Of a stretch of 64,000 nt of DNA, positions 1-9,360 are shown piece by piece. Under the pieces are notes generated by a model, which ran no database searches, had not been told where the DNA came from, and saw nothing but the letters and a program-made list of their open reading frames with translations. The stretch covers positions 2,592,001-2,656,000 of the forward strand of contig OZ220732.1 of assembly GCA_965116905.1 (NCBI GenBank), given 5' to 3'. How positions within the stretch are numbered: position 1 is the stretch's first letter; every line of letters starts with the position of its first letter. Origin of the DNA: Longimicrobiales bacterium (GTDB lineage: Bacteria > Gemmatimonadota > Gemmatimonadetes > Longimicrobiales > Gaopeijiaceae). A program made the translations under genes and the position numbers.

Positions 1-2
1 CG

Positions 3-1364
3 CCCGCCGGGGAAGCCACCGATTCGGCCGCGGCGCAGGGCGAGAATGGCGGTCCTGTCTACGAGGCCGCGCGGTTCGACGTCGAGATCACCGTGCCGAA
101 GGACCTGCCGCGTGGGGTGGTCGCTCTCACAAACGCACGCCTCATCACCATGCGGGGCGACGAGGTGATTCCGCGCGGGGACATCGTCGTGCGAGACAAC
201 CGCATCGTGGCGGTGGGCGCGAGCGGCAGCGTGGAGATCCCGGACGGCGCCGACGTGCGCGACATGTCCGGCAAGACGATCTATCCCGGGCTCGTCGACA
301 TCCACGCGCATACTTGGGTCGCGTGGGGGGTGCACCGCGGGCAGGTGTCGCAGTTCCTCGCGCAGCTGGCGTACGGGGTGACCACGCAGCGCGATCCCCA
401 GACCTCGTCCGAGGACGCGGTCGCCTACTTCGACCTCATGGAGACCGGCGCGTTCATCGGGCCGCGCCTCTACTCGACCGGCCCCGGCGTCTTCAGCGCC
501 GACCAGATCTCCAGCCTGGACGAGGCGCGCGACGTGCTGCGGCGCTACAGCGACCACTACAACACGAAGACGATCAAGCAGTACCTGGCCGGCGACCGGA
601 AGATCCGGCAGTGGGTGATCATGGCGGCGCGCGAACAGGGCCTGACCCCGACCACCGAGGGCGGCTCCAACTTCACCATGAACCTGACGCTGGCGCAGGA
701 CGGCTACGCGGGCCTGGAGCATTCGCTCCCGATCAGCCCGTTCTACCGCGACGTCGTGCAGCTGGGCGCCTTCAGCGGCATGGTCTATACGCCCACGCTG
801 GTGGTGGCCTATGGCGGGCCGTCCGGGCGGCAGTACTACCTGACGCGCACCAACCTCGACGAGGTCGAGCGTCTCCGGTTCTTCACTCCCCGGGACGAGC
901 TCGACAAGTGGAAGACCACGACCTGGTACCGCGACGATCAGTATCCGCACTTCCAGCAGGCCGAGCAGATCGTGAAGTGGATGGAGGCCGGGGGCCAGGC
1001 CGGCCTTGGCTCTCACGGCGAGGTGCAGGGCCTGGGGACCCACTGGGAGCTGTGGATGATGGCGTCTGGCGGCATGGACAACCACGACGCGCTGCGCATG
1101 GCCACCCTCATGAGCGCGGACGCGATCGGTCTGGCGGGCGACATCGGGTCGATCGAGCCGGGCAAGATCGCCGACCTGCAGGTCCTCGCGTCCAACCCGC
1201 TGGACGACCTCGAGAACTCGATCGACATCGACTACGTCATGAAGAACGGGCGGCTCTACGAGGCGGCGACTCTCACCGAGGTGTGGCCCCGCCAGCGGCC
1301 GCTGCCGACGCAGTGGTGGTGGCGCGTGGAGCCGCCCGACGTGCGGCAGGAGCGGGGGCGCTGA
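3..1364 (+). CDS. Amidohydrolase-family protein, 5'-truncated by the window (paralog of the two downstream propeller-amidohydrolases)
   Basis: Frame is open from position 3. Motifs PGLVDIHAH, YGVTTQRDP, TIKQY, GLEH, GSHG and GSIEPGKIADL are collinear with ORFs 1907..5644 and 5641..9015. Confidence 0.9.
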   Translation, partial: PAGEATDSAAAQGENGGPVYEAARFDVEITVPKDLPRGVVALTNARLITMRGDEVIPRGDIVVRDNRIVAVGASGSVEIPDGADVRDMSGKTIYPGLVDIHAHTWVAWGVHRGQVSQFLAQLAYGVTTQRDPQTSSEDAVAYFDLMETGAFIGPRLYSTGPGVFSADQISSLDEARDVLRRYSDHYNTKTIKQYLAGDRKIRQWVIMAAREQGLTPTTEGGSNFTMNLTLAQDGYAGLEHSLPISPFYRDVVQLGAFSGMVYTPTLVVAYGGPSGRQYYLTRTNLDEVERLRFFTPRDELDKWKTTTWYRDDQYPHFQQAEQIVKWMEAGGQAGLGSHGEVQGLGTHWELWMMASGGMDNHDALRMATLMSADAIGLAGDIGSIEPGKIADLQVLASNPLDDLENSIDIDYVMKNGRLYEAATLTEVWPRQRPLPTQWWWRVEPPDVRQERGR

Positions 1365-1861
1365 TGGGCCTGGCCGCCGTTCCCTTCACGCTCAAGCGCA
1401 GCTCCGACCTGTATACGTCCGGCGGAGGGTACGAGTCCACCACCGAGACGGCCCACGGTCTCGTGCGCCTGGAGGCCGACCGGCTGGTCATTCAGTGGCG
1501 GGTCGCGGTGGTGACCGAGTCGATGGAGGGTGCCGGCTACGAGACGCGGGAGGAGATCGAACCCGTCAAGGAGATTGTGATGCCGCTGGCCAAGGTGGCG
1601 GGCGCGTTCGTTCCGGAGCGGAGATGGTGGCGGCTGACCGGGCCGAAGCTAGTCATCACGGCCTCGGACCTGCTCGCCTTTGAGAGGATCGCGGGCGAGG
1701 AAGGACTCAAGCTCAAGCATCCGGCCAAGCTGGTGTTGCGCATCAAGCGCGGGGACCGCCTGGTCGCGCAGGAGTTCGCGGCAGAGCTGGCGCTGGCGGT
1801 GGCGCGGCTGCCCGAGGGGACTCGCGGCGCAGGCGCGCTCCCCGGCCGGCAGCCCGCGTAG
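1364..1861 (+). CDS. Hypothetical protein (165 aa)
   Basis: ATG overlaps the upstream stop (TGATG). Protein-like composition begins at MGLAAVPF; the upstream part of ORF 314..1861 is a shadow frame. Confidence 0.75.
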   Translation: MGLAAVPFTLKRSSDLYTSGGGYESTTETAHGLVRLEADRLVIQWRVAVVTESMEGAGYETREEIEPVKEIVMPLAKVAGAFVPERRWWRLTGPKLVITASDLLAFERIAGEEGLKLKHPAKLVLRIKRGDRLVAQEFAAELALAVARLPEGTRGAGALPGRQPA

Positions 1862-1906
1862 CCTCGCACGCGGACCGCCGGCCGGCCGGTCTTCTGTCGC
1901 CCTGGC

Positions 1907-4900
1907 CTAGTTGCGCCGGATCCCGGCCGCCGTGCTCCCCGGGTCGGCCTCGGCGGGCCTTCTGCGTTCCAGGGTGCGCTCCTCGGGATACACCTCGTCG
2001 AGGGTCATGCCGTCGTAGAGGCGGCCGTCCTTCATCACATACTGAATGTCGACCGTGTTGCGGAGGTCGTCGAGCGGGTTCGAGTTCAGGACCACGATGT
2101 CGGCGAACTTGTCCTTCTCGATGCTGCCGAGCTGCTCGCCGAACCCGATCGCCTCGGCGCCCAGGATCGTCGCCGCCCGCAGCATGTCGTGATTCGAGGC
2201 GCCGCCGGCCGCCATGGCCCACAGCTCCCAGTGGAAGCCGACGCCCTGGATCTGCCCGTGGCCTCCAACCGCCACGCGGCCATCGTCCTCAAGCATCTTC
2301 TTTACGAACTCGGCGTGACGCGGGAAGACGTGCTCCTCTTCCAGGAACCAGCCCACCGGACCGGGACTGCCGCCGGAGCCCGACCCGCGCCGCCGCGTCC
2401 GCGCGTCGATGTTCTCCTTGGGGATGAACATGTTCAGCTTCGGGTCGTCGTGGGCGTTCTCGGTGGCGTAGAAGTAGTTCTCCCCGAAAGGGCCCCCGTA
2501 GGAGACCAGCAGCGTCGGGGTGTTCGTGGTCTCCGACTCCTTGAATAGCTCCACGACGTCGGAGTACATGGGCGCGATGGGGATGTTGTGCTCGATCCCC
2601 GGATATCCGTCGATCGCGTGCGTCATGTCGATCTTGTAGTCGAGCCCGCCCTCCGTGGTGGGCATCAGCTCGAGCTCGCGCGCCGCCTGGATGATCCACT
2701 GACGCTGCTGGCGGTTCCCGCTCATGTACATCTTGAGCGTCTTGGTGTCGTAGTACTCGGAATAGCGGCGCAGGATCGTCTTGGCGTGGTCGGCGTCGCG
2801 GATGTTCTCTCCGTTGAAGACGCCGGGACCGGTCGAGTAGATCCGCGGGCCCGTCATTCCGCCCGTCAGGACGCGGTCCGTGTAGCTCAGAATGTCGGTG
2901 AAGGCCGTCTGCGGGTCGCGCGTGGTAGTGACCCCGTAGGACAGCGTTGCCAAATATTGCCAAACTTCCTGCGGGTGGATCTCCGGCACCAGCCACATGG
3001 AATGGTAGTGGATGTCGATATAGCCGGGGACGAGCGTCTTGCCCGCCACGTCGATCACCCGGGCGCTGTCGGGGATCTCGACCGAATCGGCGACGCCGAC
3101 CTCGACGATCCTGTTGTCGGTGATGAGCACCACCCCGTTCTCGATGACGTGGGGCACCCCGGTGGTGTCGGACGGATTGTCCGCCATCGTGATGACGCGG
3201 CCGCCGCGAAGCGCCACCACCCCGCGCGGGATGTCGCGCGGCAGCTGGACCTCGATCTTGCGCTCGTGCGCCTCGTAGGTGTCGGTCGTGTCGGCGAGGA
3301 TCTCCTTGTCGCCGTCCCGGACCGCGCTGGCCCGGGCGGCCACCTCCTCCGCGGCCTCGCGGATCGAGTCGGCGCGCGCCATGAGCGAATCGGCCACGAC
3401 CTGCACCGAATCGGCCTGCAGGCGCGTGATCTCGTCCTCCAGCTCCTCGGGCACCTCCTCGTCCGCGTTCCTGAGGCTGTCGGCTTCGGCGCGCTTCTCA
3501 CTCAGCGTGTCCGAAATGGCCATGGCGCGTGCGCGGATCAGCGCTCTCTCGTGCGCGGTCGCCTCTTCCTCCGCCTCCTCGGCCTCGACGTGGTCGACAT
3601 CGTAGGTGAAGAGCACGTTGCCCATCGCCCAGTGCAGCGCCGAGCCGTCGGGAGCCCACGAGGGGAACTCGCCTCCGACGTCGGTCAGCTTGCGCACGGG
3701 AACCGGCGAGGCCCCCAGGTTGGTGAGCAGGATGTTGGGCGGCGCCGCCCCCACCTCCGCCAGTTCCACGATGTAGATGTCGTTGCCGAACTGCACGAAC
3801 GCGCGGTCGCCTTCGGGCGAGAGCACGATGAGTCCGGCGGGCTGCGCAAAGCCCGGCTCGGTCGGCGGACGGGGGTCGGTCGGGTCGGGGGCCTTGCGCC
3901 AGGGGTAGACCCGCCTCGGCAGGTATTCCCACTCGTCGGGGTGCGGATTCGCCATCCCCGCGATTCCCTGGCGTCCGCGCACCATCAGGTGGCGCTTGAT
4001 GTCGGTGCCGTCCCAGCGGAACGAGACCAGCCCCTCGACCGGGCTGTAGGCGTAGATGCGGTCGGAGTCGTCGGCCGCGAAGTGGGCGACGTCGCGTGCA
4101 CCGGTCGGTGAGATGACGGTCGCCTCTGCGGGCGCTGCGGCGTTTGCGGGGACCCATACGAATTCGGCGCCCATCGGCCCGAAGAAGATGCCGGACGCCT
4201 CCATGAGGTCGCGCGCGGCGCCCCGCGAGGCCACGATGCGCTCGCCGTCGGGCGACCAGGCCACGTTGTAGTACATGGCGGCGGTGCTGGTGAGCCGGGT
4301 GGGCGTGCCTCCGGCCGCCGGTACCCGCATGATGTGGCCGCCGTCGGTGTCGTCCCAGGTCACGTAGGTGATCGCGCTGCCGTCCGGCGACCACTGCGGG
4401 TGGAACTCGCCGACATCCGCTTCGGTGAGGCGCGTCGCGTCGCCCTCGGGCAGGTCACGCACCCAGAGACGATCGAACGCCGTGAACACGACCCGGTCGC
4501 CATCGGGCGACACCGCGGGGCTGCGGATCTGGCTGGCGGTGACCATCGCGGTGGTGTCGATCTGGTAGTCGAACTTCACCGAAGGCCCGATGCCCAGCTC
4601 CACGTCGACTTCGAACGGGATCTCGGTGGGCTCGCTTCCGTCCATCGGGACGTTCCAGATCCTGCCGCCGTACGAGACGACGATCGCGGAGCCGTCGGGA
4701 AGGAACGCGTAGCCGGGGTGTACGTCGATGGGCGCGCGCGACTCCTGCTCGTCGCGCTGGACGGGGTACGCCAGCCACTCCTCGTCGCCGGTCGCCAGGT
4801 TGCGCTTCCTGAGTCCCGTGTCGGCGTTGTAGCGGGTCGCGTAGACCAGCCACTCGCCGTCGGGAGAGATCGCCGGACGCATCCCCGAACCGTACCGGCT

Positions 4901-5644
4901 GGTCATCGCGGCGCTTGTGCCCGTTTCGCGGTCGTAGCGGTAGACCTGGTAGCGGGGGAGGCGGGCGTTGTACTGCCAGTCCCCGAAGGCCTGCGCGTAC
5001 CAGATGTGCCGTCCGTCGGGGCTGAATGCGGCGCCGATGCGCTTGATTCCCCCGAACAACGCCGCGAAGATCGGCGACGTGGGCGCCCCGGGGATCGTGA
5101 TGGGGGACGAGCGCTCCGCGTGGTACATGTACAGGTTGGCCGAACCGCCCAGCCCGCCCGAGCGGCTGACCACGATGTACTCGCCGTCCGGCACCCACTC
5201 GGGCGAAAGGAAGAGGTTGTTGTTGCCGCGCGACACCTGCGTCGTGTCGGTCTTGTCCAGGCGCATCGTCCACAGGTTGTCGCCGCCGCTGCGGTCGGAG
5301 ATGAAGGCGACCGACTCGCCGTCGGGGCTGAAGCGCGGCTGCACCTCGAAGGCCATCCCGGTGAGGAGCGGAGACGCCTTGCCTCCGGTGATCGGCATGG
5401 TGTAGAGGTCGCCGAGGAGGTCGAATACGATCGTCTGGCCGTCGGGACTCACGTCGAGCGAGATCCACGTGCCTTCGGTGGCGGTGAATTCGGCCGTGCG
5501 CGCGTTGCGCAGCGGCAGCGGGTTCTGGCGGGGTCCGCCGGGTCTGGGCGGTTGCGCCACGAGCGGGGCGACCGTGAAGGCGATGGCGGCGAGGGCCAGC
5601 GCGGGCGCGGCGAAGCGGAAGGTCCTGCCGTAGGCGGCGCTCAT
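1907..5644 (-). CDS. Exported TolB/PD40 beta-propeller plus amidohydrolase protein with an acidic helical insert
   Basis: Signal peptide (…PLVAQ), repeated SPDG propeller motifs, DIHYH, GIEH and GGHG motifs. ATGA overlap with the upstream paralog. Confidence 0.92.
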   Translation of the reverse strand: MSAAYGRTFRFAAPALALAAIAFTVAPLVAQPPRPGGPRQNPLPLRNARTAEFTATEGTWISLDVSPDGQTIVFDLLGDLYTMPITGGKASPLLTGMAFEVQPRFSPDGESVAFISDRSGGDNLWTMRLDKTDTTQVSRGNNNLFLSPEWVPDGEYIVVSRSGGLGGSANLYMYHAERSSPITIPGAPTSPIFAALFGGIKRIGAAFSPDGRHIWYAQAFGDWQYNARLPRYQVYRYDRETGTSAAMTSRYGSGMRPAISPDGEWLVYATRYNADTGLRKRNLATGDEEWLAYPVQRDEQESRAPIDVHPGYAFLPDGSAIVVSYGGRIWNVPMDGSEPTEIPFEVDVELGIGPSVKFDYQIDTTAMVTASQIRSPAVSPDGDRVVFTAFDRLWVRDLPEGDATRLTEADVGEFHPQWSPDGSAITYVTWDDTDGGHIMRVPAAGGTPTRLTSTAAMYYNVAWSPDGERIVASRGAARDLMEASGIFFGPMGAEFVWVPANAAAPAEATVISPTGARDVAHFAADDSDRIYAYSPVEGLVSFRWDGTDIKRHLMVRGRQGIAGMANPHPDEWEYLPRRVYPWRKAPDPTDPRPPTEPGFAQPAGLIVLSPEGDRAFVQFGNDIYIVELAEVGAAPPNILLTNLGASPVPVRKLTDVGGEFPSWAPDGSALHWAMGNVLFTYDVDHVEAEEAEEEATAHERALIRARAMAISDTLSEKRAEADSLRNADEEVPEELEDEITRLQADSVQVVADSLMARADSIREAAEEVAARASAVRDGDKEILADTTDTYEAHERKIEVQLPRDIPRGVVALRGGRVITMADNPSDTTGVPHVIENGVVLITDNRIVEVGVADSVEIPDSARVIDVAGKTLVPGYIDIHYHSMWLVPEIHPQEVWQYLATLSYGVTTTRDPQTAFTDILSYTDRVLTGGMTGPRIYSTGPGVFNGENIRDADHAKTILRRYSEYYDTKTLKMYMSGNRQQRQWIIQAARELELMPTTEGGLDYKIDMTHAIDGYPGIEHNIPIAPMYSDVVELFKESETTNTPTLLVSYGGPFGENYFYATENAHDDPKLNMFIPKENIDARTRRRGSGSGGSPGPVGWFLEEEHVFPRHAEFVKKMLEDDGRVAVGGHGQIQGVGFHWELWAMAAGGASNHDMLRAATILGAEAIGFGEQLGSIEKDKFADIVVLNSNPLDDLRNTVDIQYVMKDGRLYDGMTLDEVYPEERTLERRRPAEADPGSTAAGIRRN

Positions 5645-8600
5645 TTGTCACCTCCCCGGATCCCGGCGCGGACATTGGGCGCGGTGTTGCGCCATGGTTC
5701 GTCGGGCGCCGGCCGTTGTCTGGGCCACACCTCGTCGAGCGTGTCGCCGTCGTAGAGGCGTCCGTTCATCATCACCCGGTGGACCGTGTTGGTATTGCGG
5801 ATATCGGCGAGCGGATCCGCGTCGAGGATGACCAGGTCGGCCAGCTTGCCGGGCTCGATGGACCCCAGGTCGCCACCGAGACCGATCGCCTCGGCGCCCA
5901 TGATCGTGGCGGCCAGCAGCGCGTCGTGCTCGTCCATGCCGCCGCTCTGCATCGCCCACAGCTCCCAGTGGAAGCCCAGTCCCTGCAGCTGTCCGTGGCT
6001 GCCGACGCCGGTCTTCCCACCGTTCTCCACGAGTCGCGTCAGCCAGGCGGCGTGCTTCGGGAACGCATATTCGTCCTCCATGAACCAGCCGCCCGGTCCG
6101 GGGCCGGTCGTCTGCAGCCTCCGCGCCTTGGTGTCCAGCTCCAGCTTGGGCGTGAAGTGCGTGAGCTTCTCGTCGCCGAAGACGTCCTCGCGCGTGTAGA
6201 AGTAGTTCTCGGCCCACGGTCCCCCGTACGAGACGAGCAGCGTCGGCGAGTTGACGGTGCCGGACGTGGCGAAGAGCTCGACGACATCGCCGTAGGCCGG
6301 GATGATCGGCATCGAGTGTTCGATCCCGGGGTAGCCGTCGATTGCGTGGGTCATGTTGAGCCGGTAGTCCAGCCCGCCCTCGGTGGTGGGCATGAGCTCC
6401 AGGTCGCGCGCGGCCATGATCAGCCACTGCCGCTGCCGGCGGTTGCCGGACATGTACATCTTGAAGGTCTTGGTGTCGTAGTAGCGGCTGTACTTGGTCA
6501 GCACCTCGACCGCGTGCTCGTAGCTCTTGATGAAGTCGAACTGGAAGACGCCCGGCCCGGTCGAATAGACACGGGGACCGACCATCTTGCCGGCGCGCAC
6601 CATGTCCTCGTAGGAGAGCACGTCCGTGGTGGCCGTCTGGGGATCGCGCGTCGTGGTCACCCCGTAGGCCAGGTTCGCCTGGTAGATCCACGGGCGCGCC
6701 CAGTGCAGGCCCCACAGGTTCCACATGTGCGCGTGCGTGTCCACGAAGCCGGGGACGATGGTCTTGCCCGCCATGTCGATGACGGTCGCACCCTCGGGCA
6801 CGTCGCCCGGTCCCGCCGACACGGACACGATGCGGTTGTCGGTCACGACGACATCCGCATTCTCGACGATCTCGTCGCCGTTCATGGTGATCGCGCGAGC
6901 ACCGCGCAAGACGACCGTGCCGCGCGGGATGTCCCGGTCGGCGCTCACCGCGATCTGAAGTTCGGCGGCCTCGTAGGCGGTGTCGGCGGCGGCGGCGTCC
7001 AGGTCGTACGTGAACAGCGCGTTGCCGAGCGACCAGTGCACGGTGCGGCCGTCCGCACCCCAGGCCGGGAACTCGACGCCCAGTTGGTTCAGCTTCCACG
7101 CCGGCACCGCGGCCGAGTCGGGCTTGGTGACGTCTACCACCGGGAGGGCCGCACCCAGGTCCGGGACGGTCACGGCGTAGAGGTCGTCGCCGATCTGGGC
7201 CAGCGCGAGGTCTCCCTGCGGTGCCATCTCGACCGAGCCCGAGGTCATCCGCAGGACCAGCTCGCGCGGCTCGTCGTCGTCGAAGTCGGCCGGCATCACG
7301 AGGTCGGAGGTCTCCGAGCGCTTGTAGCCGATGGGCACGCCGCCCGCCGACAGGTCGGCCCGCGCGGTCACCTGAAGGTGCCGCCTTTTGTCCGTGTCGT
7401 CCCAGCGAGCCGAAGACAGGGCCGTGGTCACGGGCGGAGGGGTGGGGGAGCCCGGCACCGCGTCCGCGCGGGCGGCCCCGTAGTAGTAGATGCGGTCGGG
7501 ATCGGCGGTGAAGTGCGGCGATCTGCGTCCGGCGGTGGGGCCGATGACCGTCGCCTCGCCACCGGCGGCCGGGATCCAGATGAACTCGGAACCCGGGGTG
7601 CTGAAGAAGGGATCGACGGCTTCCTGCACGTCGCGCCGCGCAGACCGCACGCCGACGATGCGCGCGCCATCGGGCGAATACACGAGGTCCCGGTAGTACG
7701 CGGGCGCGGTGGTGAGCGTGACCGCATCGCCGCCTTCCGCCGACACGCGCCGGATGTGGCCCTCGGCGGTATCGTCGTCCCAGGTCACGTACGCCACATG
7801 ACGGCCGTCGGGCGACCACACGGGGCGGTGCTCGCCCACCTCGTCGCTGGTCAGCCGCATCGGCGTCCCGTCCGGGAGGTCGGCGACGTACACCCGGTCG
7901 AGCGCGGTAAAGGCGAGCCGGCTGCCGTCGGGCGAGGTGCGCGCAAAGCGAATCTGCTTGACCGTGAAGGTGGGCGTGTCCTCGATCGGGTACTCGAACT
8001 CGACCTCGGGCCCGATCGCGATCTCGGCCTCGACGGTGAAGGGGATCTCGACCGGGTCGCTTCCGTCCACCGGCACGCGCCAGATCCGGCCGCCGTAGGA
8101 CATCACCAGCGCGTCGGACTCGGGCGTGAAGGAATACCCGGGCAGCACGTCCATCGTGGCGGTCGATTCCTTGTCGTCGCGCTGGACGGGGTAGGCGAGC
8201 CAGCGCTCCATGCCCGAGGCGAGGTCGCGCAGCCGTATCCCCGTGTCCGCGTCGTCGCGGCTTCCATAGGCCAGCATCGTGCCGTCGGGCGACACGGCGG
8301 GCCGGAACGCCGACCCGTAGCGGTTCGTCATCGGCGTGCGCGTTCCCGACTGCCGGTCGTAGACCCACAGCTGGAACTGCGGGAAGATGGCGTTGTACTG
8401 CCAGGTGCCGTTGCGCTGGGCGTACCAGACGTAGCGCCCCTCGGCGTCCACGGCCGCGCCCATCATCCGCTGTCCCCCGGGACCTCCCACCATCTCGATC
8501 CCGGTGCCTCCGTCCACATGGTACAGCCAGAGCTTCTCGAGTCCCTGGAAAGGGCGGGCCCGCGACACCACGACGTACTTGCCGTCGGGCATCCACTCGG

Positions 8601-9015
8601 GGGACAGGAACGCGCTCCCGACTCCCTTGCTGAGCTGTGTCGGATCGCCCCCGTCCGCGGGCATCAGCCAGACGTTCTGATCGCCGCTCCTGTCGGAGAC
8701 GAAGACGATGCGCTCGCCGTCGGGGCTGAAGCGCGGCTGCATGTCGTATCCCATCCCGCTGGTGAGGCGCGTGGCGTCACCCCCGGTGATCGGCATCGTG
8801 TAGAGGTCGCCGAGCATGTCGAAGACGATCGACTGGCCGTCGGGACTCACGTCGAGCGAGATCCAGGTTCCCTCGTTGGTGGTGAACCGGGCCCAGCGGG
8901 CGGGCTCGAGGGGGAGACCCCGGTCGGGGTCCGGATCCGCCTCCTGGGCCTGCGCGGCCAGAGGCGTGAGCAACAGCAGTGCGGCCGCCCATGGGCCGCG
9001 GGGGTACAAGCGCAT
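5641..9015 (-). CDS. Exported TolB/PD40 beta-propeller plus amidohydrolase protein
   Basis: Start placed at MRLYPRG (GGAG RBS within 9021-9026). Signal peptide ends AQA-Q. SPDG repeats and DTHAH, GIEH, GSHG motifs. Confidence 0.92.
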   Translation of the reverse strand: MRLYPRGPWAAALLLLTPLAAQAQEADPDPDRGLPLEPARWARFTTNEGTWISLDVSPDGQSIVFDMLGDLYTMPITGGDATRLTSGMGYDMQPRFSPDGERIVFVSDRSGDQNVWLMPADGGDPTQLSKGVGSAFLSPEWMPDGKYVVVSRARPFQGLEKLWLYHVDGGTGIEMVGGPGGQRMMGAAVDAEGRYVWYAQRNGTWQYNAIFPQFQLWVYDRQSGTRTPMTNRYGSAFRPAVSPDGTMLAYGSRDDADTGIRLRDLASGMERWLAYPVQRDDKESTATMDVLPGYSFTPESDALVMSYGGRIWRVPVDGSDPVEIPFTVEAEIAIGPEVEFEYPIEDTPTFTVKQIRFARTSPDGSRLAFTALDRVYVADLPDGTPMRLTSDEVGEHRPVWSPDGRHVAYVTWDDDTAEGHIRRVSAEGGDAVTLTTAPAYYRDLVYSPDGARIVGVRSARRDVQEAVDPFFSTPGSEFIWIPAAGGEATVIGPTAGRRSPHFTADPDRIYYYGAARADAVPGSPTPPPVTTALSSARWDDTDKRRHLQVTARADLSAGGVPIGYKRSETSDLVMPADFDDDEPRELVLRMTSGSVEMAPQGDLALAQIGDDLYAVTVPDLGAALPVVDVTKPDSAAVPAWKLNQLGVEFPAWGADGRTVHWSLGNALFTYDLDAAAADTAYEAAELQIAVSADRDIPRGTVVLRGARAITMNGDEIVENADVVVTDNRIVSVSAGPGDVPEGATVIDMAGKTIVPGFVDTHAHMWNLWGLHWARPWIYQANLAYGVTTTRDPQTATTDVLSYEDMVRAGKMVGPRVYSTGPGVFQFDFIKSYEHAVEVLTKYSRYYDTKTFKMYMSGNRRQRQWLIMAARDLELMPTTEGGLDYRLNMTHAIDGYPGIEHSMPIIPAYGDVVELFATSGTVNSPTLLVSYGGPWAENYFYTREDVFGDEKLTHFTPKLELDTKARRLQTTGPGPGGWFMEDEYAFPKHAAWLTRLVENGGKTGVGSHGQLQGLGFHWELWAMQSGGMDEHDALLAATIMGAEAIGLGGDLGSIEPGKLADLVILDADPLADIRNTNTVHRVMMNGRLYDGDTLDEVWPRQRPAPDEPWRNTAPNVRAGIRGGDK

Positions 9016-9136
9016 GTGCCGACTCCATGTGAATGAGCAGGTCGTGTCGTGCCGCGAGCCGGAGGATCGGCCGGGCCGGGCCAATTCCCCCTTACGACGG
9101 AGACGCATAGTAGTGTCAAGGGTAATGCGAGGCCAA

Positions 9137-9212
9137 CCGGGGACCCCGAGGCTGGCCGGGGACCCCGAGGCTGGCCGGGGACCTCGCCGCCAACCGGGGA
9201 CCCCGAGGCCGA
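9137..9212. repeat. 19-bp tandem repeat, 4 units (CCGGGGACCCCGAGGCTGG consensus)
   Basis: Units at 9137, 9156, 9175 and 9194; the first two are identical. Lies in the divergent intergenic region. Confidence 0.9.
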
Positions 9213-9360
9213 GCCGGCGACTTGCCGGGAGGAACCTGGGAGCGGATTCTTCGTAGGAATCTGGAGAGCCGTTCGCCGGAAGCCCGGACGTCCACGGTGC
9301 CCGAGGACCCTGGCAACCGCGTTGGGCCCGGCGACAGACCCATCGACAAGGAGGAATCCA

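Noticed and set aside
9240..9345. Glycine- or SAM-I-riboswitch-like words (TCTGGAGAG, GGCAACC) upstream of the beta-barrel gene
   Set aside because: The remaining conserved elements (CCGAAG…CTCAGG for glycine; the correctly ordered SAM-I core) are missing.
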